The translations under genes were made by a program, and so were the position numbers. 64,000 bases of DNA from Eutreptiella sp. 'Long Island Sound 2002' (taxonomy: Eukaryota > Protista > Euglenida): contig OZ038378.1 in assembly GCA_964036045.1 (NCBI GenBank), positions 1,674,001 through 1,738,000 on the forward strand. Direction: 5' to 3'. A model generated the notes under the pieces. The model was not told the DNA's origin, searched no databases, and saw nothing but the letters and a program-made list of their open reading frames with translations. This document shows positions 45,801 through 57,800 of this stretch, in pieces. How positions within the stretch are numbered: the first letter of the stretch is position 1; each line of letters opens with the position of its first letter.

Positions 45801-48800
45801 ACATTGCTGCATATGCATACCAGAACGTGCATGTGTGGGGCGCTTTGTTGACCTGCTTGCGGCCCTCCGTGTTTTGTTTGATCCTCTGGTTCCCATGCCC
45901 ATCAATTCCCAGCGACCACTGAGCAGTCGCCATCACCTACATACAATGTGTGTAGATACCCGAGGGGGGGGGGTTATACAAGCTAGAATTTCTGCAATAC
46001 AAATTCTGTGCAAATTTTTTTGTATGCAATTTGTTCGGTGTTTTTAAGGATTTGTGCAGGTCTACGTTAGGCATTGCCTTTGCACCTGATGACCATGCCA
46101 GATGATTTGATTAATGATAATTGGCTTCCGTAATGACCCGACGAAAAACGGCGATGCGTGGGCAGCACAGGGAGCATGCAGACATCGGTATGTACTTCAG
46201 CACTTCTGCGACTTCCATGTGTTTTTGCGGACGTCCTCCTTCAGCTGTGCCTTCTATCTAGAACCAAAGTCCACTAGGCAATAATAGCAAGCGCCCACTG
46301 TTTCTCACGAGCAATTATTGGGAACCATACATAATTTGTTCGCTCATTTTTAAGAAGTGGCACAGATTTTGTCGCGCGAGAATTTGTGATCCCAGGAGCC
46401 GGAAGGGACGCCGCGAGGGACAAGGGGTTACCTTACGCTGGCGCTCGGAGATCAACCGGGCACCCTCATCTCACCTCTGCAGGATTAAGAGGGACTGCAA
46501 GGAGGGCTGCTCCTCAGGAAAAGTATCCTCTGAAGCCTTTTGACCACTTCGTGCTTTGTATGGCTTGGGCCGTGTGCTTGGGACGTGCTATGGGACTCTC
46601 GCACGTTGGCCACACGTTCACGCGGGCGCCGAACCTTTTTTTTGCCCAACGACTGCTTGGTGCCGGACTGTGGTTTGCGAGGACTGTCGAGGTGTTGGCT
46701 GGACACGGGGGGTGGAGGGTTGAATTGGCATTGGACGGTTTCGGGCAATGGCGCAGTCCCCATCCATGGCCTGAACCTGGGCCAGACCGCTCCTTTGCTT
46801 CATTTCTGCACCTCAGTGGTGCGTCTTCTTTAGCCTGACTAATGAGTTGGCATAGGAATTTTTGGGGGGTTGTAGGCCACTGAGGAGCCCATTTTCTTTC
46901 GGCGCTTTGTGCTGACTGCTACCTGTGCACACGTGCAAGTGCCCAGCATTCCTTCGGGGGGCTAGCAGCAACAGGCAGAATCAGATTTGTGGGGGCTTGG
47001 GTGTTGCTCATCAGAACACTCCTCCAGAAATAGGCAAGGGGTCTGTCCATCAAATCACCATGATTGTAGCAGCGGATTCCGACCCACGCAAGCGACAGGA
47101 TTGCTTCCCTACCCTCGTCCCGTGCCCTTCCAATTCGTCGGATGAAGGGAGGTCGTCAGTGTGATTCCCCATACCTCAATTCTCCACCTCGTCCCTCTGC
47201 ACTCCAGGGCTGTACTTCCGGAATGGGACACTGATTCTTTTTCCTCCCCACTAAGTACAGCCTGAGGTCTTGGGTGGCAGGGCTGCGGTTACCAGACGGC
47301 GGTTGGAGCTCAACCGACGGCGGTTGATATTCAACCGATACTGGCCAGCCGGTGCACTGTTGAGGTCCAGGTGTACCAGAATCCGGCAGCCCCCCCCCCA
47401 GCGGCGCCCTGAACCCCCCCCCCCCCCGAGTTTTGACAGATGGCTGGGGGGTGGGTCGCAGCGGGACCGGGTCCAGCCGCCCCCCGTGCGGCAGTTATTT
47501 TGTTTTTGGGCCCTCGGACCGCCCTGTGGTCCTCCATCCTGCTCCCGTGCCTGTGCATGTCCCTTCCCCTGACCGCGTGCCTGTCTGTGGTTTTCTGGGT
47601 CGTGCCTCTTGCATCCATTTCTTGTGTGGCCGCCGGCGCATCACTCGCGGGGTCATACCCGGTTGTCGTCGTCCACTGTCCCTTTGTCACTCCTCCATCG
47701 CCCGCCCATGCCCGCACCACGTCCCCTTCCGCTACCACGCGTAAGTCGCTTAATTTCTTGGTGTAGGTCGCATGCAAAAGTGTTGGTAAAAGAAAACTGC
47801 GCGACTTACGCCAAAAAAAAAAAAGCACGCGACTTACGCCCCCCCCCAAAAAAAATACGCAAGTTACGCTTTTTTCCCCAACCCATGAGCTGCAATGCTG
47901 TGCAACCCCCCGTGTGTGGCCTCGGGCACTTTGCCCCCCCCCCGCCCCGGGATACCATACCCTCATGGAGGTTGCTACACGTAGAGCCCGTTATCAAAAC
48001 ACAGCAGCAGCCACCCCCCGGGGGGGGGGCGACTCCGCAGGTCCTAGGACACCAACTACCTCCCCCCTGCCCCCCTAGGGGCCTCCGGCCAACAGTTAGT
48101 TGGCAAAGGCACTCGACCTGCGCTTTCCCCCCCCTTCTCCGCCCAGTTGCCCCAGCTGACCAGCATGGCAGACCTGCAGCAGTCCACGGGCATGTGCAGC
48201 CTCCACCAGTACGACACGCAGCAGATGCGGGACGAGGTCCTCGCCAGTCCGCTCGACTACTTGCGGGTGGGCGGCCGGGCCCTCTACATCGTCGGGACCC
48301 TGGGCTGGTACGGCTTCACGCTGGTGTTGGACGGGTTCTTCTCCCGGGATGACCCGCAGACGGTGCAGCAGCGCGCCTCCCAGGCCCGTGAGGTCCTCTG
48401 CCACTTCCGATGCCCCTGTTCTTGGCCCTGACCCCGCCCCGGTCTCTGCCCCCCCAGTGGGGGATGACAGTACTGAGGAGTGGGTGGGGTGGGGGGGCTT
48501 TTTTGCTCTGTGCATCCCCGCGTTACCCCTGGGGTGCTAGGGGGCTCCGTCTGTGGTGGCTTACAAAGTCCATCTTGGTTCCATGGTTGTTCCTGGAGTA
48601 GACTCAGTAAACTAAGCCGTACCATGTGCTGATATTGTACAAAAGGAAAAATACAAACAAACAGATTTGGAAATTAGGAGAAATTTGTTGGGTACACTGG
48701 GCGCGAGAGCGGGCTGTGAGGCTGATCAGTTAGGCACTCTGACTGTTGGTTTTCCAAGGATTGAGTTACAGGAGTGTTTTCTGGACCGACTCGCAAAAAT

Positions 48801-51800
48801 TAAGAAATAATTTTTGCGAGTCGACGCCACCCGAGCAGAGTCCTGGGGTGGGGGGTCTTGGGCCAGGAGGCTCTACTGGCGAAACGGCGATTACGATTCA
48901 CCTTTCTCCTTGGCAGCGATGTGTGCTGACGGCTTTGTCGTGAATGTGCAGGCATTCAGTGCCCTGTCACACCAGAACGTGGCAGATCTATGCAGTAGCT
49001 CAGTCGGTAGGATACGAGACTACAGTGCGGCTGATTTGCTTCCATTCCCAATCAGCCCCTTCTGTTAATGTCAGCGGTCTTCTATTGTTCTCCATTTTGC
49101 CTGCCTCCTCTAAGATTTCTCAGGGAGGATGCGTACATGCTGCGCAATGGTGCAGCCCGACTGAGCAATCGGAATTGCAATCGTCATCGGGGGCTGGGGG
49201 GGGACCCCCCCCCCCCACGAGATCCACTCCTGCTGCCCCCACTCTTGCCTCTGCCTTTGCAATTCCGAGCCCTGGCCCCAGGTCTGTGTAACCGTCCGTC
49301 ACGCTCCAACCGCATCCTTCCAACCCCAACTGCGGCTGCAACGGTTTGCAACCGCCGCTCCTGCCCCGCAACCGCTGTTCCAACCGTCGCCAACCGGTTT
49401 CACAGGCGTCCGCCGCACTGGCCTGTGCCCCCCCTCTCCCGAAGCGCAGGCCAGCCCAGCCCCTGCCCCGAGCCCGTGCCCACGCCCCCGCCCTTCAACC
49501 TCCCAGACCGCAGCCCAAGCCGACCCCATGCCCCCATTCCCTGTTCTCTGCCCCATTACCCCCGCCTGCCCCCGCCCCAAACCCAGGCGCACCCTGTGCG
49601 CGTGCGACAGTCCCTGCCCTGCCCGTCCCCCTGTCGCGTGCCTCTCCAGATTCTGATCAAACTGGGCCCCACGTTCATCAAGGCCGGGCAGGTGCTCGCA
49701 AACCGGCCGGACATCATCCGCATGGACTACATGCAGGAGCTGACGCTGCTGCAGGACAACGTGCCGGCGTTCCCCAACGCCGAGGCGATGGCGATCATGG
49801 AGCAGCAGATCGGGGCCCCCCTGGACACCGTGTTCTCGTACGTCTCCACGGACCCAATCGCAGCCGCTTCCTTGGGGCAGGTGGCGCGGCGCTCTGCGGC
49901 TTTGCCTGCACTTCCTCGCGCTCTCCTCCCAGAATGGGGCTGCACTTCGATTGCTTTACCCTGCAGTCGGTGGGCTGGGCTCAGGTGGGCGGGTTTCACC
50001 ACCTGCCCCCCCCCCCCCCCTCCCGGGGCACGAAGCCTGTCTCTGAGGAGCATTCGCCGACACGCTACCGCACGATGGGGCGCGTTTCGGACCATCGGTG
50101 TCAACCCCCGGGCGCGAACTCTCGACCCTGGGGTCTTTGGTAGTGTTCGGAGGCGATGGCTTTACTCTCGGCCCGGGTCGAGTGGAACATTCAAATCGTG
50201 GTGGCATGTGCTAACCCCTCGACCTACATGCCGTAGTGTTTCTGCTTGTGATAGTGCCCTCAAGTTGCCCTCCTCCTTGTCTCACCTGATTCGGTCGGCT
50301 CGATGATGCCCTTTTCCGCCAAACAGCACCAGCTCTTTGAGGTGTCGTGCCTCACATGGTTGTTGATTGTGCAAAGCAAAAGCGCTGTATATTCTCAATG
50401 GCTTTGTGGGCGCTTTGTGGTTCTTGTTGAGAATGTTGCCGGGATTGTCCAAGCAAATGTGAAACGCAGACGGGAGACGTATGATGATTTGAAGGAAGTA
50501 GCTCGTTGTATTTGGGTGCTTGTTATTGTCAGTGGTTTCGCTCTGAAAGGGAGACGTGCCCTGCCCTTTCCTGCCCTGCCCTGCCCTGCCCTGCCCTGCC
50601 CTGCTGTGCTGTCCTGCACGAACCTGATCCCTCCCGCGCTGCCCTGCGGTGCCGTGCGCGGTCCAGGTGTACAAAGCCAAGCTGAAGACAGGGGAGGATG
50701 TGGCCATCAAAGTGCAGAGGCCGGGCATCGAGCCCATCATCAAGGCGGACCTGTGCATCTTCCGGAGCCTCGCGTATTACATCAACCCCATCTCACAGCG
50801 GCGGCTCGGGACCAGCGCCGAGCTGATTGTGGACGAGTTTGGCGAGAAGATGTTGGAGGAGCTAGACTACAATTTGGAGGCCCGCAGCATGGAGATGTTT
50901 GGTCTGTCGTGCGTCACGGGGCAACCCCCCCAGGGGGGCGGGGACCGAAGGCTGCAAAAGCCGTTGCTGGCGGTTGGAAAAGCGGTTACGGGGTAAGTGC
51001 TGGCGGTTGCACAGCGGCTGGAAGGCGTTTGGCAGTAGATGGAAGCAAGTTGGAACGGGACTGACGGGCACGCTGAAGGGGGGAGGGGGGTTCACCCCCC
51101 CTTCAAGCTCATCCCTGCCACCCCCCCCCCCTCCCCAGCCTCTCCTGACCCGAACTCAGACCACGAGGGGGCGCACGCAGGCGGAACAGCCCAGACCCCG
51201 AAACTTCCTGACCGCCTTTGGCCCGAATGAGGGAGGCAAGAGAGCAGCCCTTTGGGATGGAACAGTCCAAGACATATGGCACAAAAGTGGACCTGAGATG
51301 GCGATGAAGGCCGTGGGAAGGCAGGCGCGGCTGGAGCTTAGATGCTGCCCCCCCGGCGCCGCACAGCAGCAGCAATGAGCGTGCTAGCAGAAAAAGAAAG
51401 AGCCCAAAATTGGGAGGATTGCAAGCAGCAAAGCAACTGGGCATAGGGCCGCCCCACACACGGCAGTGAGACGAGCCCCAACAAGACACAGAACAATACA
51501 AGGGAACCATGAGGTGCGAGCACTGCAGCAACCACCAAATGCGGCGCACACCGAGCGAGCCATCAGGAAACACCCCCCCCCCCTCCCTCTACAAGGTGCC
51601 CACGTACTCCACAAGGGCGGGAACTGCGCCCCCGCGCGCTGGGAGGTGCCCGCCACGGGGGTGGCAACAGGGCCGTGACCAGCCAACCGCACACGGGACA
51701 GTCCACGTCGTACGGAGATGTGAAACCCTCGTACAGGGGGGGGGGGGGGGGCAGGCGGGTGGGATAGGAGGGGGTGCGCGACAGGGGCACCCAGGAGCGC

Positions 51801-54800
51801 CAACAGATAGGGGGAGGAGCAACACAGACACACAGAACGCGGGAGCCACACCAGGAGGGACAAGGGCGAGCACAGCAGACAAGGAGGAGGGGCATACCAA
51901 GGCAGGAGAGGCAACCAGAACAGCGGGAACAGGGAACCAGAATGGAGGGGATGGGAGAGCGTGCGCATGCAAGGCAGCGACAATAAAGGGGATGGCTTGG
52001 CCAGCCAGCCCCGTCGCTACTGGGTGCCAGGGCAACCCCTGCTCAACCGGCATCAGGTGGGGGGTGTCTCCCGCAGCCCAGATGGGCTGTTTGCGCGACA
52101 CGAGCGGGAGCCCATCAGGGGCAGACCAGCCATGAGGGGGAAAAGGACATATGGTGGACATCCGGGACAGCGCGTGGAGGAACAGGGCACCCGGGCCTCA
52201 GGCACACAGAAACACAGCGAGACAGGCTAGGGACGGCCTGTGGACACAGGCGCATGGACAGCAAAAACAGTCAAACGACCCCGGCAACAACCAGCACATC
52301 CTCAATACGCCAATTATTGGGCGCCGCTGACGCGCAAGCGGCACACCATGCCACACTCAGCACAGCCCCAACACACCAACTACTGGGCTCCGCGAATGCG
52401 GAAACGACACCAGCAAGAGCACCGGCCGCAGCGGCCGACAGAAAGCAACAACCTGACGCAACATGCGAAGGGAAGAACGGGTGACCGTCCAGGGCCCTGT
52501 AAAGGAGCAACAACCAGACGGAATGTCACACAGGGGGTGGGTCAGCCAAAACCCCGGGGGGGGGGAGGGCTTTGACACCCCCAGTCACTCAGCAAAGGCC
52601 TGTTCCCCTCCCCTGCCACGTGCCTGCGACGCGCCAGGGCATCCCCCGTGGGCCTTGTGCCACCCCCAACCCCCCCCCTGCCTCCTGTTCCAGGGAAGAA
52701 CTTCGCAGACGACCCCACGGTCAAGATCCCGTGGGTGCGGCGCGACCTGTCGGGCTCCAAGATGATCACGATGGAGTGGATCGACGGCGTGCGCTGCACG
52801 GACCCCCAGGCCATCTTCGACTCGGGTCTGGACGTCGACCGGTTCATCTCCGTCGGGGTGGTCTCGGGGCTGCGGCAGCTGCTCGAGTTCGGGCTCTTCC
52901 ACGGGGACCCGCACCCCGGCAACCTCTTCGCCATGCGCGACGGCCGCATCGCCTACGTCGACTTCGGCAACGTCGCGGAGATCTCACAGGTGTGTGTTGT
53001 TGTGAGGGGCAGGGGGTGTGGGGGCCGCATTAGTCTGGGCCCCAGCCCTCAGCACAGCCCCCTTTGCCCTCGCTTTTGTCGCGCTCCTCACCCCGACCTC
53101 CTCCCCTCTCCCTCCTCTTCGTGCCCCCCCATACCCACAAGACACGCACAACCTTCCAGAGAAGGGGCCCCGGGGCCCGAGTGAGAGAGAGAGAGCAAGG
53201 GATAGTCGGCACAAAGCCGACTAATAGTAGTATGACTCGACGCATGGACACAAAACCCGGATCCAGGGCTCCGGGATACAGATGGAATGACAAACAGCCG
53301 TCATCATGGGATTACTCACGGGATCATATGCTTTGCTATAATCTACAGCAAATGCAGCAAGCCCAGGAATCCCCCGGCCCCGAGTCCCAACGCTGTTGTA
53401 CGGACGCTATGTGGTCGTACCCCGTACGACCCTTCAAGCAGGCTTCCTGTGCCTGTGGCACAATCTGAAAAAGCGCATCCTGTAACCGAAGGGGTAGGAT
53501 GCCTGTAAGCCACTTCAAACGCGCTTATTAAAGTGCGATGGGGTTTTACGACTCGACGGCTGCCGACCCAGGCTCTGCAGCTAACGTACGCACCAAGTCC
53601 ACTCAGGCGGCACGCCACCTGACTCAATTTCGTGATACGCGTGTCTCATGTGGCGCACGTAAGAGCCAGAAAACGCCTGAACGACCGCTGCCTGAATACC
53701 GTCATCACCCGGCGATGAAGACGGGTCCATCTGCTGAAGAGCAGCAAACGCGAGCTCCTCAGTGCAGGGTCTTCACAGGAGTGGGACACGTGTCCTCCAC
53801 AGTGCAGGCAAACCCCTGCGGTGCAACCGCGCATGGCGTTCGTTTTCTGACGTATTGCCCCCCACCATCACCTCAGACCAATACTGAATAAACTTCGCGG
53901 GCAATAGCCGTGCGGTCACGGAGTGGAGCTCCGTTGCGCGCCCGAAGGGCAGTGTGCAGCTGTTGCATAAGCCGCAGTACGGCTTTCGCTCCCCACTTAC
54001 GGGCCTGACAAGTGTTGCCATCAGTCTGCAGGACCTCCCGTATGCGCTGATGCTGGGCAACCTGAAAATTGCTCTGCGGGGGGGGGGGTGACATGGACGC
54101 CCGCCGAAGGAGGGGGGGGGGTTGGAGAAATGGGGTTCCGTGTCGGGCCCTTTGTTTTGTGTAAGAACGGATGTTGGCGCCAAAGGCACAGGAACACAAA
54201 ATTTGGCCCGAAAAAGTTTTTTCCACCAATAATTTCCCCCCCCACATTTGAGTAGTCAAAATGATCAGCGCGACGTGGGTATCATTTTGAGCCATAGATG
54301 TTGGGTTGACCCCCCCCCCCCCGGCACGGCAGGTCGGGCACCCCTGCCCTGAACCCCCCCTCCCGTCACGGCGGCCAAGGAGGGAGGGGGGGGAGGTTGG
54401 GAAAATGGGCTTCCGTGTCACCCCACCCCCCCCGCAGAGCAATTTTCTTCCCGCCCTGTTTGTCCAGGCATGTCCACGCCCCGGTGGGCATGGTTGCAGC
54501 AGTGGCAGGACGATAGGAATGTTGTACCTCCCATTGGAGCAGATTGGAAAGGATTCCTTGGCACACACACACACACACACACGCGCGCGCGCACGCACAT
54601 ATACCCTCGGGATCAGGCTCACGCAGCAGGCGGAGCGATAGGGGGTGCCAGGGGCCGCCCTCGACTGACCGCGGCCTCGACGGTAAACAGGTCTGCACAC
54701 GGACAGGCCCCGCCACAAGGGATTGAGCCTGAGCACGGGTTCAGTGTAGGGCCCACCCGTCTGCCGTTTCCCGTGGGCACGGCATCCCGGCCATTGCCTT

Positions 54801-54841
54801 TGGGTCACAGCACCTTCTGCACACACACACACACACACACA

Positions 54842-54887
<46 letters not shown>

Positions 54888-57800
54888 CTGTCTGTCTCTG
54901 TCGGTCTCTCTGTCACGCGCACACCCTCACGCGCAGACCAACAAGCAGATCCTGATCGACGCGGTGGTGCACGCCGTGAACGAGGACTACGAGGCGATGG
55001 CCGGGGACTTCATCCAGTTGGGCTTCCTGGCCCGGGGCACCGACGTGGGGCCCATCGTCCCCGCGCTGGAGCAGATCTGGCAGAACTCCATGGGGCAGTC
55101 CATGCGGGACTTCAACTTCCGGAGCGTGACGGCCCGCTTCAACGAGCTGGTGTACCAGTACCCCATCCGCGTGCCGGAGCGGTACGCGCTGGTCATCCGG
55201 TCCCTGCTGACCCAAGAAGGCATCTGCATGACCCTGGACCCCGACTTCCACTTCCTGGAGGTCGCGTACCCGTATGTGGCCCGACGGCTGCTCACGGATG
55301 AGAGCCCAGCCCTTCGAGAACGGCTTCTGCAGGTTCGGCGGTGTCCAGTTGTCGCCCTCAGAACGTTGTGGGTGTTGTGTCATGGTTTTCTCAGTGTGGT
55401 GCAGGGCTGTCCCTAAGAACCCGCATTTTTTTCTGTCAAGAACAGCCCTTATGGACGGCCCCTAAGGACCACCAACCGCCAACCGCCAACCGCCAACCGC
55501 CAACCGCCAACCGCCAACCGCCAACCGCCAACCGCCAACCATTGTTCAAATACTGTTTCTGTGATTTTGTGTCTTGTCCTGACCATAAGAGAGCGTCCGC
55601 GTGAGCGTTGGTTTCTGTTGGCGCCACGAACCCGTTTCTTTTCTGTTTCCCCCCCTTACGGACAGCCCTGGTGTAGCGTACTTGGGGCTCCGGGAGACCC
55701 ACCCGACGTCAGTCCCTCACATGGAGGGAATTGGGAGCCCATGGATCATCTGCCGCGAGCAATCATGAAGCACATGCACGTCTCAGTTTCACGGCCAGGG
55801 GAGGCTCGGTACAGGCTGCCCCCACATGACGAGGGCTCACAAAACGTCACACAAAGGACACGGCACTGGAAACCGGTTGGGGGAGGGGCGTGGGTGCCTG
55901 GGTCAGAGCGTTGGGGGGCCTGCGTTCTGATCATCGGGTTTGTTGGATCGCATTCCGGTGGTGTGCGTGGTAGTGCATCGCTTTGTGGCGGTGTGTGTGT
56001 CATTGTGGGGGTGCCGCAGTGAGTGGCTTGTGATTGTGGGAATGCGGTGCGTGTACCACAGCGGAGGCAGTGGGGGTATCGGTGCACCGTGGGGTGTGGG
56101 TGGCGTGGGGTGGTGCGCGTGGGTTGTGGACCACAGCGCGATGGTGCGATGCGGTGTGGGCATCGCGGTGCGCGATGCACAGGACACACGCGGCAGTTCG
56201 TGCAATGTTGTGATGCCCATTGGGTCCCGACCATCGGGGGGCAGCACGTGGGCGCCGTAACGTGTTGTTGGACGTCCATCCCCCCTGTGTGTGTGTGGGG
56301 GGTGGGGGGTTGTCTTCACGCCTTTGTTTTTCTGAGGGGGGCGGGGGGCAGGGATGCATTGGAAAGGGGGGGCGGGGGAACCCCAGCCCCCCCTTCCAGG
56401 GCGCCCAGCATATGCCCAGCCACTGTCTCCCTGACGGCAAGTGCCAGCTTCAATGGCATTTGTAACCGACAGTAACCGCCCCCAAGCGCTTTGGCAACCT
56501 CCTCCAACCCCCCTGTCATGCATCCCGGGCGGGGGGGGGTGTTGGAGGGATTGTATAAGAAGCAGAGGCCAAGGGGGCGAGCATGCACGCGCTGTTGTGT
56601 TGACTGGGAAGGGGGGAATGGGTGGAAGGGCGACGGGGAAGAGGGGGGGGCGTCCGCTGCATCAAAGGGCAAGGCCACGCGGGTCCCTCGCGGGACCTCG
56701 CATCACAAATGATGGCGTGTGGGTGTGTTTAGGGGGAGGCAGGGGGGTAGGGTAGAGAGGGCGTGTGCCCTTAGACAAAATACAGCGGAACCCTGCAGAG
56801 GTCTGCTGCCTGGCCACTGCAGTGGCTCAAAAATTATCCCCGGCGCCTTCAGCCTTTCAGCGCCTCTAAAAAATCAGCACCACTGGGGTGGGGTGGGGGG
56901 GTGGGGGGGTGTGGAGGGCTCCTTTGAACAACTTGGCACCACGGGGGGCCGGGGGGGGGGGGGGTGCCCCCCCCTGCCCCCCCTGGACCTACCCACCAAA
57001 CCCCCCCCTTTAATATATTGGGCCAAACCACCTCGAAGAGAGGTTGTGAGATCAAGCATCGGCCTGGGCGTTGTATGCCCCCTCTTTTTGGGGTCGTTCG
57101 CGTAGCATACCCCAAGGCATGGTATTGAACGTCTAACCCCTTGTAAAATCATCATTTTGGGACACCCCCCTCTACCCGGGACCTCATTTTTTTGGGGAGT
57201 CGGTGGGAGTGGGGCTCAAAACTTCTTTGGTTATTGCGGCCGTTGTGTGTGGATTGGAACCTGGGTCCTGAACAACTTTTTCTTGTATATGGACCCCCTA
57301 ACCCATGGCGGGGTACCGGGTCCCAACTCCAGGTTCCCCTAGTTGCACCCCCCCCCCCCCCCTATGAGCCCTTGCCGGTGAGATCTTAGCCGTTTTCATG
57401 GGTGCTCAAGTACCCGGATTGTCACCAAATGATCAACTAAACCCATCCCAGAGGCAACAGAAGGGTGTCGCAAAAAGTTGAATTTTAAAAATTTTCCAGG
57501 TGTCTAAACACCTTACACAACAGCAATTTTGGGGCTTTTGGCGGGCCAATGGCTCAGGCTACATGGGCCTAGTGGCCACTACATGGCCACTACTCAAGTA
57601 CTTGAATTGTCACCAAATCTTCACCCAAACGCATCCTAGGGGCGACAAAAGAGTTTCGGAAAAAGTCGGATTAAAAAAAGTTAGGTGTGAAGAACCTATC
57701 TAGTACGATGGCCCACATAGTGGCTGGGCCCATGTAGCCGGAGCCATGCCCCCCCCCCAAAGTCTCAAAATCACCTCGAAGAGAGGTTGTTAGATCAAGC

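Noticed and set aside
46040-46150. Third hammerhead candidate (GTGCAGG/CCTTTGCAC stem followed by CTGATGA)
   Set aside because: Helix I resembles copy A, but the upstream GAAA/helix III is absent and the downstream GAAA has no helix II or III partner. At best a decayed relic.
49068-50306. 412-aa ORF as a standalone gene
   Set aside because: Only 49650-49880 is ABC1K1 coding; the rest is GC-rich intron read-through.
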